A stretch of 63,761 nucleotides of DNA, counting the filler, from Choristocarpus tenellus KU-1152 (taxonomy: Eukaryota > Protista > Phaeophyceae): assembly GCA_964200185.2 (NCBI GenBank). It is 11 parts of 11 records of this genome, joined end to end, with 100 filler letters (N's around TTAATTAATTAA, not from the genome) between each part and the next. Parts side by side here need not be neighbours in the genome. Positions count along the whole stretch, not along the records: positions 12,234 to 17,139 come from CAXNAD020012582.1; positions 17,240 to 24,489 come from CAXNAD020006461.1; 9 more parts are not named here. The stretch is one strand, 5' to 3'. The position numbers and the translations under genes are program-made. This document shows positions 12,234-23,900 of the stretch, piece by piece (positions within the stretch are counted from its first letter, which is position 1; the number at the start of each line of letters is the position of its first letter). Under the pieces are notes generated by a model. It was not told where the DNA came from. It worked only from the letters and a program-made list of their open reading frames with translations, and did no database searches.

Positions 12234-12259
12234 GGTACAAATAACACTATGTATTTACA

Positions 12260-12748
12260 TCAAACCCACCTCTCCACGCCGGAGGATACTCTTGCGTTGT
12301 TAGGTGTACCTTTGCAAGCGTCGATGACATGATTGGATATTCCGAATGATGCCTTGAAAAACTGCATACAAACAGGAATGCCGGCCGCGAGCATAGATCC
12401 GCCTCCAGGTCCCAACTTAATGACAGGTACATGGTCACCAACAAAGTGCTTGCGATCGCGGTGGCTCTCACACGCCCGGATGGTGTCCTGCTCTTTGGCC
12501 AACGTACGTGCAAGGAAGGACTCGCTATCTGCCGCGAACTTCTTCACACAGGCTAAGCGCTTGCAGCAGTCACCTTGTTCGTTGACCGGGATGGGTTGAG
12601 CCCATTCTCGGCGAAGCTTGGCGCCGGTCGCTGAAGCGTCATCGGTAGAAAGCTCCAGTGCATCATTGTTGGCGGGCTGATGACGGTGCAACGCAGGGGG
12701 CGGTGCAGGTGACAAAGCCACCCCCTTGCTGTGGGAGCAACTGTCATG
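12260..12748 (-). mobile_element. Sola-like DNA transposase, N-terminal exon (probably frameshifted near the start; the remainder lies beyond the contig end)
   Basis: CCKRLACVKKF followed by GIPVCMQFFKASFGISNHVI resembles the Cys-rich plus VCxxFFxxxxGIS N-terminal pattern of Sola transposases. Putative donor AG|GTGGGT near 12268. Confidence 0.6.
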
Positions 12749-12774
12749 GTGTTTTCGGGCAAGATGTGGTCTTT

Positions 12775-14085
12775 GGTCTTGGGCAGTGAGAAGGTCTAGG
12801 AGTGAATTGAATTTGAAGCTGGGGGTACGATGTTTGAGTTTGAAGAGATCCATCAAACCAAAATGAAATCCGTGTTCTGGAAAACGCGTTTATTCTCGCT
12901 GTGATGAAATAAAAACTAGATTCTAATCTGGTTTCAGGCAACAGTCGGTCTTGGGCACAATAGAAGTGAATTTGAAGCCGGGCGTATGAATGATGTTTGA
13001 GTTTCGGGCGATCTGTCGGATCACCATGAAATCCATGATCCGGAAAATACATGCATTATGGTTTTTAGAAATTATAAATTCGATTATATTCGTAATTTCA
13101 ATTAAAAAAAATACAAAGCACATACTTAATTGAACTTGTACGTTTCAAATGTTCCGAAACTAAAAGGTCACAATAAACTGATACCCTTTAATTGTTTTAA
13201 ATACAAAATCTTAGATTGTTCGACATTTGTATTTATATATTATTTATATATATATAAATACAAATGTCGAACAATAGCGAACTTTGAGTTTCGTGCGATC
13301 CATCGGACCACCCGAAACCCATGAACCCGAAAATACGTGCAGTATGGTTTTTAGAAATTATAAATTCGATTTTATCCGTAATTTCAATTCTTAAAAGTAC
13401 AAAGCACATACTTAATTGATCTTGTACGTTTCAAATGTTCCGAAACTAAAAGGTCACAAAAAACTGATACCCTCTAATTGTTTTAAATACAAAATCTTAT
13501 ATTGTTCGACATTTGTATTTATATTTATAAAAATAAATATAAATACAAATGTCGAACAATAGCGAACTTTGAGTTTCGTGCGATCCATCGGACCACCCAA
13601 AACCCATGAACGGGAAAATACGTGCATTATGGTTTTTAGAAATTATAAATTCGATTTCATCCGTAATTTCAATTCTTAAAAGTACAAAGCACATACTTAA
13701 TTGATCTTGTACGTTTCAAATGTTCTGAAACTAAAAGGTCACAAAAAACTGATACCCTCTAATTGTTCTAAATACAAAATCTTATATTGTTCGACATTTG
13801 TATTTATATATATATATATACAAATACAAATGTCGACAAAAAGCGAACTTTGAGTTTCGTGCGATCCGTCGGACCACCTGAAATCCATGAACCGGAAAAT
13901 ACGTGCATTTTGGTTTTTATGAAATAAAAATTATATTCTATTCTTAATATCAACAAATATAAATACAAAGCACATAATTCGTTGATCTAATACGTTGAAA
14001 TGTTCCGAAACGAAAAGGTCACAAAAAACTGATACTCTCTATCTGTTTCAAATATTAAATCGTAGACTGTTCGATATTTATATCT
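12775..14085. repeat. Tandem array of ~285-bp units (about 4.5 copies) with long hairpins at 13215-13275, 13501-13560 and 13786-13839
   Basis: Unit recurs at 285-286 bp spacing; hairpin arms ATTGTTCGACATTTGTATTTATATA / TATATAAATACAAATGTCGAACAAT. Confidence 0.95.
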
Positions 14086-14224
14086 TTAAGAACACATTTA
14101 TCAACGGAAAGAGAAATCTGGGTTCTTTGGGCACCGACCGACCAGATGAAATAAAGCAGCACCTCCCAGCCCTTACTCCTCATTTCCATTCCTTCCCTTC
14201 TGCACATACCACCAGCAGTTCTTT

Positions 14225-14483
14225 GAGTGAAAGTATCTTAGAGGGTACGAGTTTTGCCCTGTTTGTCCATTTGGGGCTTGACTTCCCATGGGTTTTTTAT
14301 GACATTTTCTTACTCCAAAGTGTTTAGGAAGTAGGTAAAATGTATACGTCATGAAAACGCGTGCCCGAAACATAGATATTAACACCTCCTACCAAACACG
14401 ATAGCCAAAATTACATCAAAATCGCAACATTGGATTTTGACCCCCAAATGGACACGGCTCTACCCTCTAAGATACTTTGGCTC
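14225..14483 (+). mobile_element. MITE family 1, complete (259 bp)
   Basis: ~23-bp TIRs GAGTGAAAGTATCTTAGAGGGTA / TACCCTCTAAGATACTTTGGCTC; 4-bp TSD CTTT. Confidence 0.95.
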
Positions 14484-14523
14484 CTTTCTTATCTATCCCC
14501 ATCATACCTTCCCAATCTTTGCC

Positions 14524-17041
14524 ATGTCCAACATTCGCTCAGCAACAACCCCCCTGGTGTCACTGTCAAGTTTGACGCATGCCAGACCCATGCACTCGCT
14601 CCCACCTTCTCTTCACTCAGGGGCTCTTATAGCATCGAAGGTGGGCTTGGTTGTGGAAGATCATCCCCTGCTTATAATGTACAAGATGAGGAGGGGGGGG
14701 CGCCCTCTTGCTGGCACTGATAACCATCTCAGATGCCACCAGGACATTATTCTTCTCGCGCACAACAATGGGACAGAGTTCACGTGCAACAAGCGAGTCA
14801 CTGTCGACGACATCTTTGGCCACGGGAGTGATCCATCTCCTCCGGTGCTCCAAACCATGTTTGACGTTGAGTACCAAGGTGCTGCGACGGACATCCCCAT
14901 TAGGGTCCTCCACTTCCTCGTTAACAGGTTTGTTAATTACGCCACAAACGCCCTTCTTCATGGGAGCAACGACTTTTTTTGTATAGGTGTAGATCATCGT
15001 TAAACAGTAACGCAACAAGCTGGGTGACGGTTGAGGAGCATCAAACCATACCATGAGTGTGTTTCCCTGAATCAGTACGTTACGCGTCAAACCGCACCAT
15101 GAGTGTGTTGCCCTGAATCAGTACGTTACTCGTACAGTGCCATATGATGAATCCGTGCGCAATACAATGTACTCCTCGGGATAATTTACGACCTGCCCTC
15201 CTATGATAGGTACATGAATCCTGGGGACACCGTCATCTCCTTCAGCGCAGAGAGGCACAACGTGACAGAGGCGGCCCTTGAACGGAGCAGGAGGGTGGAG
15301 GTGTTCGTGTCTAACGTGGCATCAAAGGACGATGTGAAAGAGAAGATGGAGACCTCCTTCGGCCGAGCCTACAAGGATGGCAAGTGGAAGGTAATAAGGG
15401 TGTGCTGGCTTTTTTCCATTTCTTTCCAACTTATTGTCTATCTTTGTTCGCTATGGATAGGTGTCGGGCGTGCGATTGTGGTAGTGATGTTTCCTTGTCT
15501 ATGTTTACACATTGCTAACATGGTGCACGCAGTGACCCACACCACAAACGGAAATCACGAGACCCCAAGACTTTGTGTGTGAGTGTTGGTATGTCGTAAT
15601 GTCTTCCTTCCCCACACGAAAAAACAAACGTGCTGCGGTACACCTCAAGATCTTGAACCAGCGCCGGAATAACCCCTATGTACGTGATGTAACCTTATCG
15701 CATAGCAAACACTTCAATGCCACATGGTTGGGCTGTCACATGTACGCACATGATGTTGCAGGTATCCACGTCTCTCGTTCAAGAACGCGTGATAGGTCCT
15801 TCCTGCCTGCCGGAAGCCTTGGGGCAGACCCTCGTCCCAATTGAGATGCAGTGATGTTTTGCTGAGGCCGTCAATCCTCAGGGAAAGGCAATGGGACGCG
15901 ATGAGGCGACTATTTTCGTTGCGAAGATGGTGGCGGCGGACTTCGGCTACCAGATCGAGGTGAATCTGGCATAGAATGCACTTCGTAACATATTTGTGAA
16001 GAATGAACGGCAGAGTCACGCTCTTGGCACGCAGTAGACACGTTTTTTTTCTTCCCGAGTCTGAAATTATCTAATGCGGCACCCAAATACGTTGCGTAGA
16101 AGACTATGGGCCTTGCAGAGAAGTGTTGGATCCGTCGTTTGTTCAACGTTTGCCACAATAAGGTTACCGTTTTTGCACCACCTTCGGTTGCGCACCTCCA
16201 AATCAAATCCATTCATGAATGATCGAACTCTAGCCCCCCCCTCCAACACCCCTCCACCCCCCCCAATCCTACCGCCGTCTTTGTCTTCCGCAATGCTCAG
16301 CCGTGTGCAAGCTCGTCCTCGAATCCCGCCGAAATGGCCTTATTCGCGCTTGACGGGAAAGACTACAAAGTTGGTGGAAATGACCTCCCTTCGTGGGGTG
16401 ATCTCCAAGTGTGCAACTCTCGATCAGAGGCCTTCCGTTCGATCTCTCTTGACGACCAAGAAGAACAGTGCATTCGACTGCTTCATGTGGCCAACAACAA
16501 CCAGCTCAAGCACATGCTTTCGCCTGGAACGGAGGTGTGTGGGCCGCGCGCAGAGCTCTACTTGCGCGTGGCAGCCACTTGCCCTCTCTACTACATGCGT
16601 TGGACCGAGAAGGCAGACGATGCCATCATTGAATTCACGTCAAACGTTCCGCAGAGCGGAAGCCATGATGAGGTCCTCCTCCCCTTCTCCCAAGTTGGCC
16701 CTGGGCAGATGTTCGTCACGCCCGTAGTCAGGAGGGTGTGCAAACCCCGGGCAAAGAATGACACAAGATCACCGTTCAACATGCTCCCGGGTCTTACGAT
16801 AGTGCATTCTCGTGGGTTCAAAGTGCGGGATTCGGACTCGGACTTGACGCCAATCACCATTAGAAAGCGCAAGTGTCCCTCTTCCCGCACAGGTGGAAAG
16901 GGGAAAGGTCGCAAGGTGCGGAGGGTCGCCGGTGATTTTGCGCCGGAAGACGAGCCAGAGTATGTCAGCGACACGGAGGAGGACGAGGGGGAAGAAGAGG
17001 AGGATGAACAGGAGGATGAAGGGGATAACGAAGAGGAGTAA
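14524..17041 (+). pseudogene. Four-exon gene (14524-14927, 15210-15390, 15762-15959, 16301-17041; ~507 codons, one premature TGA at 15852): degenerate N6/N4 DNA methyltransferase-like domain, SET-like domain, basic NLS-like patch and acidic tail
   Basis: Phase-consistent GT-AG introns. TDIPIRVLHFLVNRYMNPGDTVISFSAERHNVTEAALERSRRV aligns without gaps to the TQKP..LL..LI...NPGDxVLDPFAGSGTT..AA.ELGR pattern. GYQIEP...MALFA..KDYKVG...WGDL...CPLYYMRW...MLPGLTIVHSRG follows SET motif order. Confidence 0.65.
15041..15133. repeat. 46-bp tandem duplication in intron 1
   Basis: TCAAACC..ACCATGAGTGTGTT.CCCTGAATCAGTACGTTAC occurs twice. Confidence 0.9.
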
Positions 17042-17244
17042 GAAGAGGATTGAGACAGGGGGCGGGGAGGAGGGGAGGGGGGGAGCGGCAGGGGGGCACA
17101 CACGTTGGCAAATGAATGATTGACCAATGGCAAACAGAGNNNNNNNNNNNNNNNNNNNNNNNNNNNNNNNNNNNNNNNNNNNNTTAATTAATTAANNNNN
17201 NNNNNNNNNNNNNNNNNNNNNNNNNNNNNNNNNNNNNNNGAGAG

Positions 17245-17688
17245 TGTTACAGGCGCCCCTCAATGCTCACCTTTCCAGGATGTACAAGTCAAATCCAATT
17301 CATAGACCAACGCACGTCAGCTCAGCAGAACAGTAGTACTCTCAGGTGAATCAAGTAGCACAAGAAAAGTGTGTAAAAATGGTATCAGTTAAGAGAGAAC
17401 TGAATAGGTAGGGCTCTCTGGGTCAGAAGAACTGAGCCGTTTGGAGCTGTTTTTAGGATCTCTTATCTTCATTTACCGTTGGGGCTTCTTTGGTTTACAA
17501 ACATTGGAATATATTTGAGAACCTTTGCGACCTTTCCATCTGGGACCCTTTGCAACTACCAGAATTCAGACTTTATTCTACAACTTTTTGGCAAATTGGA
17601 GTTCGCCCTTTTGGGGTTCCCCATGCGCGTAAACTGCTCGCGCTGGTTAAAGTGCGGGAATAAATACTCGCGCTATTCGCCTGTAACA
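17245..17688 (-). mobile_element. Gypsy solo LTR (inverted) with AGAG flanks
   Basis: TGTTACAGGC...GCCTGTAACA termini; reverse complement aligns with the LTR at 43221-43652; AGAG on both sides. Confidence 0.9.
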
Positions 17689-19904
17689 AGAGAGCTAACG
17701 TTTTGATTGCCAGGTCTTCCCCAGAACTAGGATCGAAACCAGGTGACCAAGTTTTAGTGAAGGAAGCAGATAGCTCTATCCATGGGGAAAAACTAGGTGA
17801 GACAAGAGTGGGCAGGAAGCTAGTCCATGAAAGATGGACGAGACCGTGAACTGTAAGGGAAATTTCACGTCAGGGTAGTAGCATAACAGTCGAATCACTG
17901 GGTAGGCAAACACGCACACGTAATATCCATGCTTCTCATGTGAAACAATTCCACGTAAGACCCATTCATTCGAAACATAGTTTCCAAGACGAATATGCCC
18001 AACTGGTGTGGGAATCGTACCTAGGTCCAACAGAAGAATCCACGATAGCAACCCCTATTTACACCCTCACTGATAGAAAAGCAGTATTGTCGCCATCCAA
18101 TGAATGGCACTGGGAGTACAAGGAGAAGTATCAGAATGGAGAATTGTCAGATTGGTAACCGAAAAAGAACCTATGGATAGCTTCACCCCACTACAATTGG
18201 ATGTCTTCCATGCCTTCTGAGACCTCTACAATCCAGACACGAGCCCACGTCCAATTGACACCTCTCGCCAAGGAAACCCTTGTCCCGAGAGGATGCATTA
18301 CGCCTTTTCTCCACAGGTAGTACCACTGTCATAAAGTCGTGGAAAGACGAGAAAGGAAGAGATAAGTGGTACACAGGTACAGTTTTTGACTTCAAGTCAT
18401 CTTACTGGAGGGTACAGTTTTATGATGGGGATTGGGAGGAATTGAACAAAAGTGAAACGAGTCGCTTCTCTCAAAAATGATCCAACAAGTAACCACTGTA
18501 CATCCAGAAGACAAGGTACGTGAGGACTAACCGATTCATGTAAGAACACAGGAATCAAACATTGATAGTCACAGTCCCTGCATAGTACGTAAGGCAGCAG
18601 AAGTCAGAAACAGGAAGTAACCCACATCAGATGCACTTTTTATTCTTATTTCTATTTCTTTGTCATATTTTTTTGCCTGTAGATGAGGTACCTGACCCCC
18701 TTTACTCCCTATTTTGTTCTATTTTCCTTTTTATTTTTGTTTATATTTTTTCTCTATATCCCTTGCTTCATATATTTTTTCTTCTCTTTTTGTCAGACCA
18801 GGTACCTAATCCTCCTAAGTCCTTTTTTTGTTCGATCTTTCTTCAGTGATTTCTTTTCTGTCCTTTGTCTCATTTTTTTTTGCTGTCGCTGATATTGATT
18901 TTATTGCCTGGTTTACGCACTAGCAGCCGTCAGTATGCTTCGTGCTTGGGGGGCATGAGACAGGGAATAATCAGATGATACTTGGCACCTTAGGGAAGCT
19001 GTACTTTAGAAAGAGTAAATGTATACTCAGATTAGGCTAGATGCAGACAGATTTTTCCAAGTAAATTAGGATATTTGTTGTTAGACTTACTAGGAGTTAT
19101 GTTTTTTTTCCCTTCTCTGCCACCACACGATCTGAGTGAAGGATGATATCTATCGCCGTCACCGATGACAATCGCCAGTTGTAAGCGTGAAACAAGTTTC
19201 CTAGTTCACGGTGGGGGGCATGTTACAGGCGAATATCGCGAGCATTTCTTCTCGTGTTGTAGAAAGCGCGAGCAGTATACGAGATTAGTAGCACATAGGT
19301 GGCCTTACAGAATAAATGCTGATTTCTTGGAAGATGCAGAGTAAGATTCGAAATGCATACGTAACCTTTCAGAAGAAACGTCAATTCCTAGAAGTTACAG
19401 AATAAAGGTTTATGATTGGAGTAGACCCAAAGTATCGGGTGTGTGTGTGTGTGTGTGTGTTACACCAGGGTGTCCATTTGGGCCATAATAACCAGGAAAA
19501 ATCCACTTACATTATCCATCCGACATGTGCAACCAAATCACACAAAAATTGCGACATGAAAAAATTGACCCCAAACGGATAGCCGCCACCCCCCCCAAAT
19601 TCTTTGACCCGTATGTATATAGCAGTTTGCAGTTGTCCTTTCACTTGTAGTCTGTAGAAACTGGGTGAGTGATGCAAATAAAGAATACTTTGGGCGCAAC
19701 TAAAGTACCTCTTGCTCCACTCTTTTGTCGCGATTAAAACATTAAGTCAGCTTTGAGCTAAGCATTGAGTGAATCATCGAGAGAAGAGTAGCTGGCACCC
19801 ATGCGTGTCTATCAACTGTGGAAATACCCCCGTAGCGTCGTTTTGAGGTCATTGGATTAGAGTTACACATCCTGCGGAGGTGAGTTCTGGAGCGTGTTGT
19901 AACA
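17689..19904 (+). mobile_element. Ty3/Gypsy 3' portion: integrase C-terminus (17689-18480), 3' UTR, PPT, 3' LTR (19221-19904)
   Basis: Homologous to 41215-41950; GGTGGGGGGCA PPT followed by TGTTACAGGC...TGTAACA. Confidence 0.9.
19424..19610 (+). mobile_element. MITE family 2 inserted in the Gypsy LTR
   Basis: GACCCAAAGTATC...TTCTTTGACCC termini; body matches 60915-61090; GTA/GTA flanks. Confidence 0.85.
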
Positions 19905-20967
19905 CATTTTACTTCGGGTCAATTGAAGAGGGAGGCTATGTGCACTGGACCACATCTACAAACTGACTGATAAGGTTGTTTACCTTGGGAAAACCATCAG
20001 TGATAATGCCGCTATCATAAAACCCCTAAGATTGGCGAAAGGATTCAGAAACCTCGGAGTTGTTTTCGCAATAACGACAGCCAAGTCGTTTATGACTGTA
20101 GGACCTCAGGTGTTTCACTTGAGCTTGAGATTCGAGTCCTCAAACTCGAAGTACTTGATATTCTGTTACAGGTTTATGATTGAGACACTTCTCCATGCCC
20201 ACTGTTGAAGCTCCAGTCACATTATCATCATAAAAAATTCCTCGTCCATCTAACAGGCTTCCGCAAATAAATGGGAATGTACAGATCATCATGTCCAAGC
20301 GGCTCAACAATGAGGTTCTTGTATGACTGAAAGGCTTTCCAAGGAATGTAACTCACACCGAAGCAGCAAGGTAGGTCGCCCCATTCACTAATACCACCAT
20401 CGCTGTCTGCTCAATGAACCTTGTTTTTGTGGGTTCATTCTCGATCCATTGTTTGCCTTCACTTCTTTTTTTGAGTAATATTTTTGTGTTGTAGGTTCTG
20501 TTTTATCTTTTTAATTCCTATTTTCGTTTTTTTTTTTTCCCCTGTTTTGTTTTTCTATCTTAATCATTGTTTTGTTTTTTGAAGGAGTGTTGTAACTGCA
20601 CATATATAGGTGTGTATTACGCTGTCTCCATCACCTTGTTTGAACTACTTTGTTGATAATGAGATTGGTGATTACAAAGATGATTATAATAAAAACCTTT
20701 GTGATATTGATTTGCCTTTTTCCCTGACATATCTCCAAAATGTTAGAGCGCACAATAATACAATAGTAATATTGAAAGTAACTCAAAATAGAGCAGAAAT
20801 ATTTATAATTATAATATCGATAACTATAATATAATTAAGAACAATTGAAAGAATAATAATAAAAATATCTAAATTGTACTATTTATGTATTTTTTTCTTT
20901 ACAGAACATGCCATAGTAAATTGAGGAGAGACCAACTCAAGGAACACCTGTCCCAGAAAAGCCCACA

Positions 20968-23900
20968 ATGATGGCGGACTATGAACCCGAGCGCAACCAT
21001 GGCGCGGGAGAGAATAAAAACAACCGATCAGCTCCACTGAATAGTGGAAGTGGTTCCACTGAGCGTAAGGGTTCAATAAAGGGCGCGCATCCGAACAGGC
21101 TCTTGGCCTCGAAAGTCAATTTCATGGGGAGGGTCAAGAGCTCAGTCAGGGCAGATCAGGTTTACCGTGAAGAGATCGTCCGGAGCATTTTTGGAGATGT
21201 TGGTACCGTACTCGAAGGTGCGGTTCCAGCTGGACGTGCTCGACCTCTTTCTGTGTTATGTACACAGGAAATGCATGGCTCTTTGCATTTGTGGTTAGTG
21301 TCTGCGACCCTTGAAACTATCTCTTGGAGGGATCATAGAGGTTTACATATCGATCTGCAGCTAGCGTACGGTACTATGATATGCCGTAGAATTGCGATTG
21401 TGTGGCAACTGCTGCAAGTGAACTGATCAAGAGTTGCGGGAATCCGCCCTTACTTTGCAGTTCGATTGTTGAAGCTCCTATCATGTGGTAATCACACCGT
21501 TTCAGCTCCGAGGGGAGACTATGGTGTTACAAGGCGTGACAATGGTGGAGGTAGACGCTCGCCCATACCTGAAGAGCTTGGTATGAAGTACTTATGGTGT
21601 CAAAATCCTCTGTAGCTCACGCCTCAACGAAAAACATTTCCTTACCTCCACGCAGACTTTTCGTGTGCGGTTGAAGGGCGCCTCTTGCTGCACGGGCGAA
21701 TGTACGTGACGAGCTTTTGTGTATGCTTCTACTCCAATCTGTTCGGCTTCGAGAAGACCATGAAGATACCCTTCAGGTAGGCTTGTTGTCAGCAATGACG
21801 CGTGTAGATCAGAAAATGGTGACCTGTCCAAGTCAATGATACTGTGTGCTTCGAAGTACACAGCATCCTTCCAGAATAATTCCGTTGGAAGATTGATTGA
21901 TCTTGATCTATTTCACTTTCCCTATTTCAGTAGTGCCATCAACTCACCCTCTCCTGGACACTTAACTAGAGCTGCATCACCTCCAACCTTGATAAATCAC
22001 GTACTAACGGTTCGTGGATCCAGTTTGTACATGTGAGGTCAAATTTGACTCAACCACTTGTGACAGAGTTTTCTACTCCACTCTCTCACCTCCCCCTTTG
22101 ACCATCTTGATCGTACATTCCTTTCCATTTTCTTCAAGTCAAACACCCACACAAACACACAGACACACATTGCACTCACGGAGGTCAGTTGTCCCTTCCC
22201 CCTTCCCCGCTATTATTGATATTCCAAACTCACTACCGTCGAATGTACCAACGGCTCCCCCTCCTGTCCCCGTGTCTGTTCCTGTCCTTACGCATAGCCA
22301 CATGCATTGCATCACGAAAGAGAAGACTGCTCTGTTCATCCCCAATGCTATCGCCATCATCACCTCCAAGAATGAGTACATATTCAGGTCATTCTGGGAC
22401 CGAGAAGATGCCTTCCGCACTCTCAAGGCCTGTCACCTGGCGAGTGAAGAGAAACATGCTACTCCCAACCCTCCTACCAAGGAGTGCAATGCAAGGTGCT
22501 TGCCCCTAATTGGCTCCTGTTCAATCCTGTGTGTCCATAGCATATATTTTGAGTGAGAGTCAAGGGTTGTTTTTGTTGAGCTTGTTAGTTGCTTTTTAAA
22601 TGATTAAATCAGCAGCCAATGAATGCCCATCAACACTTGGTTTGATGGGCTGATACATTTACTACAAAATTATTCAATTGCAAAGTCCATGTGTTGAATT
22701 TGTGCAATGGCAGGGTATGCACCATTTTGTTGGCTCCTACTTGCGGCTGGCTAGTTTCATATGTTCCAACATTTATTTTGTTAAAAGTTCTTGAACTCTG
22801 CTCTTCTGTTCAAATTAAGTCCTAGGTGCTATGGGCTTGGTGTAGTTGTGAAAACCGTCCCTCACTTGCAGGTTCTTCAATCTGTCAGTTGGCAGACAAT
22901 ATTCTGTCAAGTAAGGGTTAGGGTTAGTTCCGAGGTTCCTCACAATTGTGTTATGGTCAGTAAAGACTTGAGAAAGTATTTTCAGGTTTGTGAGGTGTCC
23001 TTACACTGCTTGTAAAATTTTCCCTTTGGTTGGGTGGGTGCAGATTGACCACAATAGCTGTAGTTTGCTGATGATGTTTGTAACAGGCAGTATCTCAATG
23101 TTTTAAATAGCTGTGCGACATACTGGATTGAACAAGCTTTTGCCAACTCCCTAACCCACATTGCCCACGCCTCTCTTGTTCAACCAACCCACCACTGTAT
23201 TGCAGAGGGGAGGATGAGCTGCTATGGAACCGAGACCAACCAGTAAAGGAGAGGGCAATTGATACTCGAGGTGCAACTCCATCAGTTGTACAGATGAAAA
23301 TTGCGTCCCAACCCATCTTACACGTTTGAACAACAGTACAGTAAAATCCCTCCATTGTGTATCTTCTCATTGCTTGTTGTTCATGTGCTTCTGTGGGTTC
23401 TGACCCCATGCTGCTGAATGGTTTCACAGAAAACAGCGGTGATTTCCGACACGGCAGGGGGATAGCTGTAAGCAGTTCTGTGAGGAGGGATGGAGGTGGA
23501 GAGAGAGGAGGTACGATAAATTTTAATAATTGGTTCTTGGGGAAAATTATCTTTAGTATGTATGTTGGGGGGTAGGGAATGCTGTGCCAAAAACATTTAG
23601 ATCTGTGGAAATGCCCACATGCCATGCCAGGTAATGCCAGGTTGAGGCAAAAACCCTGCACAACTTGCCCAACCTCATCAACTTTGATGTCAATCAGGTG
23701 GTGTGTGGGAGAGAGTACTGGTGCGGTTCAGGCAAGTGTTACGTGCATGAGCTTTTTGGTGTTTACAGTTTCACAACGAACGGTACTATATCCTTCCGCC
23801 CGCCCCTGCTATATCCTGTACGCCTGCTATATCCTGTACGCCTGCTATATCCTGTCCCTCTCGACTTCTCCCGACAGAAACACATCCATCGGGTGAAAGC

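Noticed and set aside
12775-14085. CRISPR-like array (regularly spaced palindromes)
   Set aside because: The intervening sequences are near-identical rather than unique spacers, the period is ~285 bp, and no cas genes are present
14150-14224. PPSPY in frame upstream of the methyltransferase-like gene after MITE removal, as a possible motif IV relic
   Set aside because: Pyrimidine-rich UTR-like sequence with an in-frame stop at 14147 and no ATG; a chance match is likely
16074-16727. 217-aa ORF, and the 180-aa antisense ORF at 16591-17133
   Set aside because: Shadow frames of the GC-rich exon 16301-17041
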